Source of the DNA: Candidatus Kuenenia stuttgartensis
Lineage (GTDB): Bacteria; Planctomycetota; Planctomycetia; Pirellulales; UBA1268
Length of the DNA stretch: 56,918 bases
Assembly: GCA_945873085.1 (NCBI GenBank)
Contig: CAMCCR010000002.1
Span: forward strand, 1-56,918
Reading direction: 5' to 3'
The notes beneath the pieces are model-generated. The model was not told the origin of the DNA, did not search any database, and was given only the letters and a program-made list of their open reading frames with translations. Below, in pieces: positions 10,213-19,661 of this stretch. Position 1 is the stretch's first letter. Each line of letters starts with the position of its first letter. The position numbers were made by a program, and so were the translations under genes.

Positions 10213-11014
10213 CGAGAGAAAGACTCCTGGGGGGATGATCCGCGGCGCGAGCCGCGTCGCCGGCGATCTGTTCGAGATCGCGGATCGCGAGGGCGTAATC
10301 GGGGGATTTGATGACGGCGCTCCCAGCGACGATGTATTCCGCACCCGCGGCGGCCACGGGGCCGATCGTCGTCGTGGAGATACCGCCGTCGACACACAGC
10401 CGGACATGCGGATGCCCGTTGGAACGGGCCTCGGCGAGCGCCGTGAGCTTGGCGAGCGCGGCAGGGTCGAAGGACTGGCCCCCGAAGCCGGGCTCGACGC
10501 TCATGACGAGAACGCCGTCGCAGTGATCCAACAGCGCAATCGCGCGTTCGACGGGGGTCTTCGGGCTGATCGCGAGATGAGCGCGGGGGCCGAGGTGGCG
10601 GATCGCGTCGAGCGTCTTCGCCGCGTCGGGCAGGGCTTCGACATGGACGGTGAGGATGTCGGCGCCGATGCGCGCGTAGTCGGCCAGCCAGCGATCTGGA
10701 TCTGCCACCATGAGGTGGACCTCGATCGGCACCTTTGCCGCGCGGCGCACCGCCTCTACCACCACCTGCCCGTAGGTCAGTTGCGGCACGAACACGCCAT
10801 CCATGATGTCGAGATGGATCGCAGCAGCGCCCGCCTCCTCGAGTCGGGAGACCTCTGCGGCCAGATGACCGAAGTCGCACAACAGGAGGGCAGGAAGAAC
10901 GACGGGGCCACAACGCTCGACCCGGACGGCGAGAGCGTCAGCTGAATGGCCTGTGGGACGATTTCCGGCCGCGGACTTCACACGCATCGGCCGCTTGTCG
11001 CGACCGGCCTGCAT
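10205..11014 (-). CDS. rpe: ribulose-phosphate 3-epimerase
   Basis: LLCDFGHLAAEV..IHLDIMDGVFVP, HLMV, VMSVEPGFGGQSF and VDGGI motifs. The start is the ATG at either 11014 or 10987. Confidence 0.85.
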   Translation of the reverse strand: MQAGRDKRPMRVKSAAGNRPTGHSADALAVRVERCGPVVLPALLLCDFGHLAAEVSRLEEAGAAAIHLDIMDGVFVPQLTYGQVVVEAVRRAAKVPIEVHLMVADPDRWLADYARIGADILTVHVEALPDAAKTLDAIRHLGPRAHLAISPKTPVERAIALLDHCDGVLVMSVEPGFGGQSFDPAALAKLTALAEARSNGHPHVRLCVDGGISTTTIGPVAAAGAEYIVAGSAVIKSPDYALAIRDLEQIAGDAARAADHPPRSLSLDG

Positions 11015-11223
11015 CGATGGAGTCGGCGGTCGCTCCCAAAATGGAAACCCTTCGCCGACGTCGTCAGTCTACCATCCGTTCTTGCCATTCCAGAGGCCCC
11101 CCACCCAGTTCCCGTTTGGAGATCGGGGCGCAACCATCGCCGCCGGATAGACTTGCGGGCAATCCAACCGCGTGGGGAAGGCCGCAGAAAAGCCCCGCCG
11201 ACACCTCGCCGGAGGGCCGAACT

Positions 11224-12078
11224 ATGACCGCCTCTTCCACGGGCCCTGGGAATCCTTCTCCGTCCCCGTTCGCCGCCACCGAAGCTCCGGGGCGGGCCGG
11301 AAATCTCGGGGGGCCTCGGGCCCACATCCTCCACGAAGCCAACTACGCCCAACTCCTGGCGCGGCGGCCGAACATCGCGGTGCTGCCGTGGGGGGCGACT
11401 GAGGCGCACAACTGGCACATGCCCCACGGCACCGATGTCGTCGAGGCGGTGTCGCTCGCCGAGCGGGCTGCCGATCTGGCCGTCGCGGCTGGCGCCCGGG
11501 TGATCGTCCTCCCCGCGATCCCGTATGGCAACAATGCCCAGCAGCAGGATCAGGTGGCCACGGTCCACTTCTCGACCGCGACGGCGCTTGCCATCCTCCG
11601 CGATGTGACCGACAGCCTCGCGCGACAGGGGATCGACCGGCTCGTGATCGTCAACGGGCACGGGGGGAACGACTTCAAGCCGATGGTCCGTGACTGTCAA
11701 CTCACCTCGGGCCTGACGATCCTCGTCGTCGACTTCTGGAGGCTCTGCCCTGACGTCCTCACTGCCACCTTTCCCGACCCTGGGGATCATGCCGGACAGC
11801 TGGAGACATCGCTGCTCCTCCACCTCCGTCCGGAATGGATGGAGATGGAGCGGGCCGGCAGGGGCGAGGCGGCGGCGCGACTTCCTGATGGCATCCGTCA
11901 GGCGAACGCCTGGACTCCGCGCCCGTGGTCGAAGGTCCAGCCCGACACCGGCAGCGGTGATCCGGCCGGCTCCTCCGCCGCGCTCGGGGCCCGCTACTTC
12001 GAGGCTGCGGCCGCGTCGCTGGCCACCCTCCTGACGACGGTGTCGGGGCTCGACCGAGGCGTTGACGTCTTCGGCTGA
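11224..12078 (+). CDS. creatininase (creatinine amidohydrolase) family protein
   Basis: AVLPWGATEAHNWHMPHGTD and VIVNGHGGN metal-binding motifs. Start trimmed to the ATG at 11224. Confidence 0.7.
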   Translation: MTASSTGPGNPSPSPFAATEAPGRAGNLGGPRAHILHEANYAQLLARRPNIAVLPWGATEAHNWHMPHGTDVVEAVSLAERAADLAVAAGARVIVLPAIPYGNNAQQQDQVATVHFSTATALAILRDVTDSLARQGIDRLVIVNGHGGNDFKPMVRDCQLTSGLTILVVDFWRLCPDVLTATFPDPGDHAGQLETSLLLHLRPEWMEMERAGRGEAAARLPDGIRQANAWTPRPWSKVQPDTGSGDPAGSSAALGARYFEAAAASLATLLTTVSGLDRGVDVFG

Positions 12079-12310
12079 AAGTCGCGGCTCACCGCTTCGC
12101 CGACGGTCGGCGGCATGGATGAGGGAGGAACGCGGAGGGCGGCGGACGACCGGGCCGGATCCCTCGCCGATGGAGTTGGCGGAGGCGAAGTGCGAGGATT
12201 CCGTGGCCGCAGGATCGCTCACGAAACGCTCATACTTCCCTTCCACACTGCAAGCGTCCCAGGATCGGGCCTTTTGTCAGGCCGTCAGGCCAAACTTCAG
12301 GAGTCGTCGG

Positions 12311-13333
12311 ATGCCCTCCCTCTGCCCGTCTGCATGGTTTGAGTCGGTGACGTCGCTGGGGCGAGCCTGCCTCGCTGTGGCGTGCCTCACGCTCTTCGTC
12401 GCCACTCCCGCCCCGGCCCAGGACATCGATCCCGAACTCAAGCCCTACAAGAAGGTCGGCGGCGAGGTCGCGGGGACGCTCAAGTGCGTCGGCTCTGACA
12501 CGATGAACAACCTCGTCTCCCTCTGGGTCGAGGGGTTCAAGAAGTCGTATCCGGGCGTCCGTGAGGGGATCGAGGGGAAGGGGTCGGCCTCCGGGCCTCC
12601 GGCGATCACCGAGGGGACGGCAACGTTCGGCCCGATGAGCCGCGACTGGAAGCCGTCGGAGATCGACACCTTCAAGGAGAAGCATGGCTATCCCCCGACG
12701 GTCGTCCCGGTGGCGATCGACATGCTCGCCGTCTTCGTTCACAAGGACAATCCGATCAAGAGCCTGTCGCTCGAGCAGGTCGATGCCATCTTCTCCAAGA
12801 ACCGCAACGGCGGCGCGAAGGCCGACATCCGCACCTGGGGCGATCTCGGCCTCGAAGGGGAATGGAAGAACAAGCCGATCAGCCTTTACGGCCGCAACGC
12901 GACCAGTGGCACCTACGGCTATTTCAAGGAGAACGCGCTTTTCAAGGGCGACTTCAAGCCGACGGTGAAGGAACAGCCGGGGAGCTCGGCGGTGGTCCAA
13001 GCGGTCGCCAGCGACGAGGCGGGGATCGGCTACAGCGGCATCGGCTACGCGACGGCCGACGTCCGCGCCGTCCCGCTCTCCCTGAAGACTGGTGGGGATC
13101 CGGTGACGACCGCGCCAGAGAATGCCTACAGCGGCGACTATCCCCTCGCCCGCTTCCTGTACTTGAGCGTCAACCACAAGCCGGGGGCCGACCTCGATCC
13201 GCTCCGGCGTGAGTTTCTCCGCTATGTCCTCAGTGCCAGCGGGCAGGCTGACGTGAAGAAGGACGGCTACCTGCCGGTCACCGGCGTGGTTGCCACCGAG
13301 GCGCTCGGTAGCGTCGGTGTCTCCGCCCCGTGA
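12311..13333 (+). CDS. pstS: phosphate ABC transporter substrate-binding protein
   Basis: Signal peptide ending TPAPAQD, then GSDTMNNLVSLWVEGFKKSYPGV, GPMSRDWKPSEI and YPLARFLYL. AGGAG lies 8 nt upstream of the ATG at 12311. Confidence 0.85.
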   Translation: MPSLCPSAWFESVTSLGRACLAVACLTLFVATPAPAQDIDPELKPYKKVGGEVAGTLKCVGSDTMNNLVSLWVEGFKKSYPGVREGIEGKGSASGPPAITEGTATFGPMSRDWKPSEIDTFKEKHGYPPTVVPVAIDMLAVFVHKDNPIKSLSLEQVDAIFSKNRNGGAKADIRTWGDLGLEGEWKNKPISLYGRNATSGTYGYFKENALFKGDFKPTVKEQPGSSAVVQAVASDEAGIGYSGIGYATADVRAVPLSLKTGGDPVTTAPENAYSGDYPLARFLYLSVNHKPGADLDPLRREFLRYVLSASGQADVKKDGYLPVTGVVATEALGSVGVSAP

Positions 13334-13409
13334 CCATCGCCGCCGTTGCCGACCGCAGTCTTTCCCTTCCTTCAGCAGACGTGACAACGCCCCGCCGCCG
13401 GGGTGGTGA

Positions 13410-16061
13410 ATGAATCCCGACGCCAGCTTCACCGGCCGTGCCCGCCGTCGTACCACCCGCCCAGGGGTACGGTTCGGTGACACGTTGGCCCGTGCGGTGA
13501 TCACGCTCGGTGGGATCGGCACGATCGCCGCGGTGCTGCTGATGGGGGTGTTTCTCCTCGCCGTGGCCCTGCCGCTGTTTCGCTCCGCATCGATCGGCGG
13601 ACATGCCACGACGTCCCTCGATGCGGTCGGGGGAGGCGGGGCCGACGCGCCTGCCGTGATCGCCATCGGCACCGACGACACCGGGGAGATCGCCTGGAAT
13701 CTCGACCTCGGTGCCGGGAGAATGCGGCTGCTCGATCTCACCGATGGCGCGGTGGTGCTCGATCGACCGCTGGGGGAAGCTGGCGCGGGACTGGACGGCG
13801 CCACGGCGCTGCGAGTTCATCCGGGGAGCACGCTGGCCGTCGTCGGGTTTCCTGATGGGGCCTTCCGAACCGCGACGGTCGGCATCGAATCGACTTTTAT
13901 TCCGCAAGCAGAGATTGCCGACGACGCTCGGTCGATCGCGGTCGGCCAGGCCCTGCCCGATGTGGATGGAGCCGTCTTCCGCAGCGCCATCGACCGCTGG
14001 GCACGGATCCGGGTCGTCACCGCGGCTTCCGGTGAGCCTGCGCGGGATCTATCGGGGCGGATCGTCGATGTCGACGTCACGCCGCTGACAGGCGGCCCAC
14101 TCGTCGCGGCCGTCGACGACACCGGCGCGATCCGGGTGGAGCGGCGGTCGACGAAGCGGAACATGCTCACGGGGAAGGAAGTCACGAAGCGGGACGGTGC
14201 CACGATCCCGGCCGAGGCGGCGGTGGCTGGCGCCGCTGCGGGGAAGGCCGTCCATCTGCGTCTCTCCGAACTCGGGGATCAACTGTGGGCGATTGCCGCC
14301 GATGGTCGCGGCCGCCGTTACTCGATTCGCGCGATCGACAAGCCGGTGTTGATGGAGACATTCGATGCCGGCAGCGGCGCCGATGTCACCGCCGTCGTTC
14401 GGTTGTTCGGAGGCAACGCGCTGGCCGTCGGCGATGCCGCCGGCGTCGTCCGGGTGTTTTTCACCTCGCGTCAGGCTGACGCCACGGCGGAGGACGGCTT
14501 GGCCGTCGTCGCTGCCAAAACCTTTCCCGCCGCCAACGCGGCCCGGCCAGAGCGGGTCACGACGCTCGCCGCTTCTCCCCGGTCGCGGTTGTTTGCGGCC
14601 GCCGATGCCGCAGGGACCGTCCGCCTCCTCCATTCGACGGCCGGCACGGCCGTACTCTCGGTGAACGCCGTGGCAACCGACCGGCTCGCCGGGGCGCCGC
14701 GGCTGCTCGCTCTGGGGGCTCGCGAAACGACACTGCTCGCCGCCGACGACCGGGGGATCGTGTCCTGGGGGTTTGACGCCGGTTACCCGGAGATCTCCGC
14801 CGGCGCCCTGTTCCGGCCGGTGTGGTACGAGAACTATCCCGGCGCCGTCCACGCCTGGGAGACAACTGGCCACCAGACGTTCGAGTCGAAGTTCGGATTC
14901 ATCCCGCTCGTTGTCGGTACGATCAAGGCGACGCTTTACGCGATGCTGTTCGCGACGCCGGTTGCGATCCTGGCCGCGATCTTCTCGAGCCAGTTTCTCC
15001 ACCCGTCATGGCGGGCGCGGATCAAGCCTGTGATCGAGATGATGGCCAGCCTGCCGAGCGTTGTCCTCGGGTTCATGGCGGGGCTTGTGATCGCCCCGCT
15101 GGTGGAGCGCGGGCTGGCCCCGGTGATTGCCGGGTTCTTCATCGTGCCGCTGACGCTCCTCCTCGGGGCACACCTCTGGCAACTGCTCGCCACAGGGGCG
15201 CGGATGCGGCTGGCGGCCTGGCGGTTGCCGATCATCGGCTTTCTGGGCCTGCCCGTCGGGGCCCTCGCGAGCTTGGTCGTGGCGCCGCACCTCGAGCGTC
15301 TCCTGTTCGGCGGTGACCTGCGCGCTTGGCTCGATGGCCGGGGGGGGAGCGGTCTGGGGGGCTGGGTGCTCGCCTTCCTGCCGGTGGCAGCGATCGCCGC
15401 GACGATGATTTGCAACCGACTTGTGAACCCTTGGCTGAGGGGCGTGAGCATCGGCTGGCCACCGCGTCGGGCGGCGCTTGTGTCGCTGGCAGTGTTCGCT
15501 GGCGGTGTGGTGCTGACGGTGGCCCTGGCTTTTGCTGCCGCGACGTTCCTCGACGCCATCCGCCTCGACGCCCGTGGCGGGCTCCTCGGCAGCTATGTCC
15601 AGCGGAATGCGATGATCGTCGCCTTCGGGATGAGCTTCGCGGTCATCCCCCTGATCTTCACGATCGCCGACGACGCCCTGTCGAGTGTCCCCGATCATCT
15701 CAGGAGCGCCTCACTGGGAGCTGGCGCTACCCCCTGGCAGACCGCGATCCGCGTCATCCTTCCCGCCGCCGCCAGCGGCATCTTTTCGGCCGTGATGATC
15801 GGGCTCGGCCGGGCCGTCGGGGAGACGATGATCGTCCTCATGGCGGCGGGCAACACGCCGATCATGGACTGGAGCCTGTTCAGCGGTTTCCAGACGCTCT
15901 CGGCCGCGATCGCCACCGAGCTTCCCGAGGCGGCCCGCGGCTCCTCGCACTATCGGGTCTTGTTTCTGGCGGCGCTGACCCTGTTCTCGCTGACGTTCGT
16001 CCTCAACACCGTCGCCGAGATCATCCGCGAGCGTTTCCGGAGGAGGTCGCATGAGCTCTGA
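13410..16061 (+). CDS. pstC: phosphate ABC transporter permease, long form with a large periplasmic loop-1 insertion
   Basis: The C-terminal ~400 aa is a typical PstC core (GAGATPWQTAIRVILPAAASGIFSAVMIGLGRAVGETMIV). The ~410 aa between TM1 and TM2 carry repeats (see findings). Confidence 0.8.
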   Translation: MNPDASFTGRARRRTTRPGVRFGDTLARAVITLGGIGTIAAVLLMGVFLLAVALPLFRSASIGGHATTSLDAVGGGGADAPAVIAIGTDDTGEIAWNLDLGAGRMRLLDLTDGAVVLDRPLGEAGAGLDGATALRVHPGSTLAVVGFPDGAFRTATVGIESTFIPQAEIADDARSIAVGQALPDVDGAVFRSAIDRWARIRVVTAASGEPARDLSGRIVDVDVTPLTGGPLVAAVDDTGAIRVERRSTKRNMLTGKEVTKRDGATIPAEAAVAGAAAGKAVHLRLSELGDQLWAIAADGRGRRYSIRAIDKPVLMETFDAGSGADVTAVVRLFGGNALAVGDAAGVVRVFFTSRQADATAEDGLAVVAAKTFPAANAARPERVTTLAASPRSRLFAAADAAGTVRLLHSTAGTAVLSVNAVATDRLAGAPRLLALGARETTLLAADDRGIVSWGFDAGYPEISAGALFRPVWYENYPGAVHAWETTGHQTFESKFGFIPLVVGTIKATLYAMLFATPVAILAAIFSSQFLHPSWRARIKPVIEMMASLPSVVLGFMAGLVIAPLVERGLAPVIAGFFIVPLTLLLGAHLWQLLATGARMRLAAWRLPIIGFLGLPVGALASLVVAPHLERLLFGGDLRAWLDGRGGSGLGGWVLAFLPVAAIAATMICNRLVNPWLRGVSIGWPPRRAALVSLAVFAGGVVLTVALAFAAATFLDAIRLDARGGLLGSYVQRNAMIVAFGMSFAVIPLIFTIADDALSSVPDHLRSASLGAGATPWQTAIRVILPAAASGIFSAVMIGLGRAVGETMIVLMAAGNTPIMDWSLFSGFQTLSAAIATELPEAARGSSHYRVLFLAALTLFSLTFVLNTVAEIIRERFRRRSHEL

Positions 16062-17706
16062 TCCGCTTCGCCGCCGTCGCTCGACGCACGCCGCGCTCGC
16101 CGCCCATGGCGAAGCGTGGGTCTGGCTCACTGGCGGCTGCCTGGCCCTGGCCATGACCATGATCATCGGGCTCCTCGGCTACATCGTCTCGGAGGGGGTG
16201 GCGACGTTCTGGCCGCGCCCGATCGAGCTGATCGAGCTCACGGATGGCCGGAAGGTGCTCGGCGAGGAGACGGGGCGCGACAAGGCCCCCGACGGCACCG
16301 GCCGGCGCCTCGTCCGCACGGCCAATTTCGAACTGACCGGGAAGCACTTCGAGTGGTTTGACGATGGCGACGTGACGGCCACGACGCGCCCGGCCGAGGC
16401 GACCGTCGTCGAGCGGCTCGAAGGAGGGCGATTCCAAGGATTTCCGACGCGGCTGCTCCATGGCGACGAGGTCGTTGCCGCCGGGGGCGAGGAGGCGTGG
16501 CGCGGATTCCGCGAGAAGCATCCCGACGTTCGGCGGCGTTGGCGGGAGGCGTGGCGGATCGACAAGGGGGACCGGGGCGTACTCCAGCGGAAGCTCCGCG
16601 CGGCGCGCCTGGCGGTCGTCCGGGCCGGGCTTTCCGCCGGCGCCGACTCTCCGGCAGAGGCCGCGGCGGCCGCCGCGGAGAAAGCCGTGGCCGCGGAGGT
16701 CGAGGCCCAGGAGCGCCGGCTCGATGAGCGGACGGCCGAACTGCGGGCCGGCAACGATGGCTGGGGGCTCGAGTTCACCACCGCCTCCGGGGAGACGGTC
16801 GTCCTGCCGATGGCGGACATCGTCCGGGCCTGGCAGCCCAACAAGGCTTCCTTCCAGGAACGCCTCGGCGTCTATGCCTCGCGGTGGGGGGAGTTTCTCG
16901 GCGACGATCCCCGCGAGGCCAACAGCGCCGGCGGCGTCTTCCCGGCGATCTGGGGCACGATCGCGATGACGCTCATCATGGCGCTCCTCGTTGCCCCGTT
17001 CGGCGTCCTCGCCGCGCTCTATCTGCGGGAGTATGCGTCGCGCGGTCCGCTGACGGCTGCCGTTCGCATCGCCATCAACAATCTGGCCGGTGTGCCGAGC
17101 ATCGTCTATGGCGCCTTCGGCCTGGGATTCTTCTGTTACGTCCTCGGGGGCTCGATCGACGAGCTCCTCTTCCGCCCGGCGCTCGTCGCCGACGGCCAGC
17201 CGACCTTCGGCACCGGCGGGCTCCTCTGGGCCTCGCTGACGCTGGCGCTGCTCACGCTGCCGGTGGTGATCGTGGCGACCGAGGAGGCCCTCTCCGCGGT
17301 GCCCAACTCGATGCGCGAGGGCTCGTATGCCTGTGGCGCGAGCAAGTGGCAGACGATCCGGCGGATCGTGCTCCCCCGGGCCCTTCCGGGGATCATGACG
17401 GGGCTCATCCTGGCGATGGCCCGGGGCGCCGGCGAGGTGGCGCCGCTGATGCTCGTCGGCGTGAAGAAGCTCGCGCTCGATCTCCCCATCGATGGGACGT
17501 TCCCCTACGTCCATCCGGAGCGGGAGTTCATGCATCTGGCCTATCTGATCTACGACGTCGGCTTCCAGAGCCCGAACAGCCAGGCAGCCAAGCCGATGGT
17601 GTTCACGATCACGTTCCTGCTCGTCGCGATCATCGCGCTGCTCAACGTGGCGGCGATCTGGATTCGCGGCCGGTTGCGACGCCGATACGTCTCCCAGCAG
17701 TTCTGA
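16051..17706 (+). CDS. pstA: phosphate ABC transporter permease, long form
   Basis: [42 protein letters not shown]-type loop. The gene overlaps pstC by 11 nt. A ~230-aa insertion follows TM1. Confidence 0.85.
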   Translation: MSSDPLRRRRSTHAALAAHGEAWVWLTGGCLALAMTMIIGLLGYIVSEGVATFWPRPIELIELTDGRKVLGEETGRDKAPDGTGRRLVRTANFELTGKHFEWFDDGDVTATTRPAEATVVERLEGGRFQGFPTRLLHGDEVVAAGGEEAWRGFREKHPDVRRRWREAWRIDKGDRGVLQRKLRAARLAVVRAGLSAGADSPAEAAAAAAEKAVAAEVEAQERRLDERTAELRAGNDGWGLEFTTASGETVVLPMADIVRAWQPNKASFQERLGVYASRWGEFLGDDPREANSAGGVFPAIWGTIAMTLIMALLVAPFGVLAALYLREYASRGPLTAAVRIAINNLAGVPSIVYGAFGLGFFCYVLGGSIDELLFRPALVADGQPTFGTGGLLWASLTLALLTLPVVIVATEEALSAVPNSMREGSYACGASKWQTIRRIVLPRALPGIMTGLILAMARGAGEVAPLMLVGVKKLALDLPIDGTFPYVHPEREFMHLAYLIYDVGFQSPNSQAAKPMVFTITFLLVAIIALLNVAAIWIRGRLRRRYVSQQF

Positions 17707-17746
17707 AGCCCGACGGGCGCCCCTCCGTTCCCCGCGAGTCTGCACG

Positions 17747-18631
17747 ATGTCGACCTCACCCTCCCCCGCTGATCCCCGCCAGCCGCCCCCTTCGGCCGGG
17801 CCCGCCACCGACCGCCTCGCCGTGGTGGCCGCCGGTGGCCAGGTGGAGCCTGAGGTCCACGAGCGGGTGCGGCAGACGCCGGCCGTCCTCGAGATCGATC
17901 GATTCAATCTCTGGTATGGCACGAAGCAGGCGCTCCACTCGATCACGATGCCGATCCCGCACGGCAAGGTGACGGCGTTGATTGGCCCGAGTGGTTGCGG
18001 GAAGTCGACCCTCCTCCGCAGCGTCAACCGGCTCAACGACCTCGTGCCGAGCGTGCGGATCACCGGCGAGATGCGGCTCAATGGCGACCCGATCTACGAC
18101 CAACGGATGGACGTCATCGAGCTCCGCAAGCGGATGGGGATGGTCTTCCAGCGCCCCAATCCGTTTCCGATGAGCATCTACGAGAACGTCGTCTATGCCC
18201 TGCGGATCGACGGTGAATCGAGGCGGCCCGTCCTCGATGAGGTCTGTGAGCGAAGCCTTCGCGGCGCCGCGTTGTGGGACGAGGTCAAGGATCGACTCAG
18301 CGAGAGCGCCCTGGGGCTTTCCGGGGGCCAGCAGCAGCGTCTGTGCATCGCGAGGGCCATCGCCGCCGAGCCGGAGGTGCTCCTCCTCGACGAGCCCTGT
18401 TCGGCGCTCGATCCGATCGCCACCGGCAAGGTCGAAGAGCTCATCCAGGAACTCCGCGGGCTCTACTCCGTGCTCATCGTCACCCACAACATGCAGCAGG
18501 CGAGCCGCTCGAGCGACTACACGGCCTTCATGTATCTCGGGCGGCTGATCGAGTATGGCCCGACGACCGACATCTTCACAAAGCCTGTGCTCCGCGAGAC
18601 CGAGGCCTACGTGACGGGGCGATTCGGCTGA
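17747..18631 (+). CDS. pstB: phosphate ABC transporter ATP-binding protein
   Basis: Walker [10 protein letters not shown], signature LSGGQQQR, Walker B LLLDEP and the H-loop VTHN. Confidence 0.9.
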   Translation: MSTSPSPADPRQPPPSAGPATDRLAVVAAGGQVEPEVHERVRQTPAVLEIDRFNLWYGTKQALHSITMPIPHGKVTALIGPSGCGKSTLLRSVNRLNDLVPSVRITGEMRLNGDPIYDQRMDVIELRKRMGMVFQRPNPFPMSIYENVVYALRIDGESRRPVLDEVCERSLRGAALWDEVKDRLSESALGLSGGQQQRLCIARAIAAEPEVLLLDEPCSALDPIATGKVEELIQELRGLYSVLIVTHNMQQASRSSDYTAFMYLGRLIEYGPTTDIFTKPVLRETEAYVTGRFG

Positions 18632-18694
18632 GCCCTGCCTGACGCGCTTTCGGTATGACGACAATTCAACGGAGGCTCCCGGCGGGAGGCATCG

Positions 18695-19354
18695 ATGACG
18701 CGGCACATCGACCGGCAGATCGGCAATCTCAAGGAGAAGATCCGCCGTGTCGGCACGGTCGTCGAGGAAGCGATCTCCAAATCGATCTCAGCGGTGATCA
18801 ACCGCGACGTTCAACTCGCGCAGCGCGTCCTCGCGAGTGACGATGCGATCGACCGGATGGAGGTCGAGGTCGAGGAGGAATGCCTCAAGATCCTCGCCCT
18901 CTACCAGCCGGTGGCGGCCGATCTCCGCTTTGTCGTCGCCGTCCTCAAGATCAACAACGATCTCGAGCGGATGGGCGACCTGGCGAAGAACATCGCCAAA
19001 CGCGTTGCCCAGCTCGAGGGGGCGGGGCCGGTCGACCTGCCACCGGAGATCCGCACGATGGCGATGCAGGCCGAGGAGATGGTGCGGGAATGCCTGGCGG
19101 CGGTGATCGATGCCGACCCGGTGTTGGCGCGGAGGATCCGCGAGCAGGATGACGTCGTCGACCAGGCCCGCCAGAAGGTCCGCAAGCGAATCCTCGCCGG
19201 CATCAAGGAGCATCCGGAGAACGTCGAGGTCCTCCTCCGCATCAACTCGATCACGAAGCACATCGAGCGGATCGCCGACATGGCAACGAATGTCGCCGAG
19301 GACGTGATCTACATGGTCGAGGGGGACATCGTCCGCCATCGACCCGAGGAATGA
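18695..19354 (+). CDS. phoU: phosphate signalling complex protein PhoU
   Basis: Two PhoU repeats carrying the E(R/D)xxD motifs NNDLERMGD and KHIERIAD, located immediately after pstB. Confidence 0.9.
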   Translation: MTRHIDRQIGNLKEKIRRVGTVVEEAISKSISAVINRDVQLAQRVLASDDAIDRMEVEVEEECLKILALYQPVAADLRFVVAVLKINNDLERMGDLAKNIAKRVAQLEGAGPVDLPPEIRTMAMQAEEMVRECLAAVIDADPVLARRIREQDDVVDQARQKVRKRILAGIKEHPENVEVLLRINSITKHIERIADMATNVAEDVIYMVEGDIVRHRPEE

Positions 19355-19661
19355 TCGGCCGCCGGCAGCCGTGGACTGGGCATCTGCGGCTGACTTTTCC
19401 CGCCCGATGCCCCTCCGAACCGGGGTGCGTTGCAGGGGCCGATTGACCGTGGATCCTGCCGGGCGGCCCCGTCACCCGTTCGACGATGGGGCCAAACGGT
19501 CGTTTTTGCGGCACAAACGCCGGTGGGCGGCCACTCCTCTGGCGTGGTACGCTCTCCGCACTTGACCCCCGGGTCAACGCCGTCGCCATCCCGGCTCGAC
19601 GCGTTCCCCGCCAGTCCACCATCCGACGGTTTCCGACCGTCGACAGCGTGAAGGGCCCGAC

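Noticed and set aside
16021-18081. A 686-aa minus-strand ORF across pstA and pstB
   Set aside because: It is antisense to genes with textbook ABC permease and ATPase motifs, and it has artefact composition (R, G, P, E, D).
19470-19512. A possible phoU terminator (CCGTT-N14-AACGG followed by TCGTTTTTG)
   Set aside because: The stem is only 5 bp and lies ~120 nt after the phoU stop. That is too weak to call, although it is the only T-tract in the gap.
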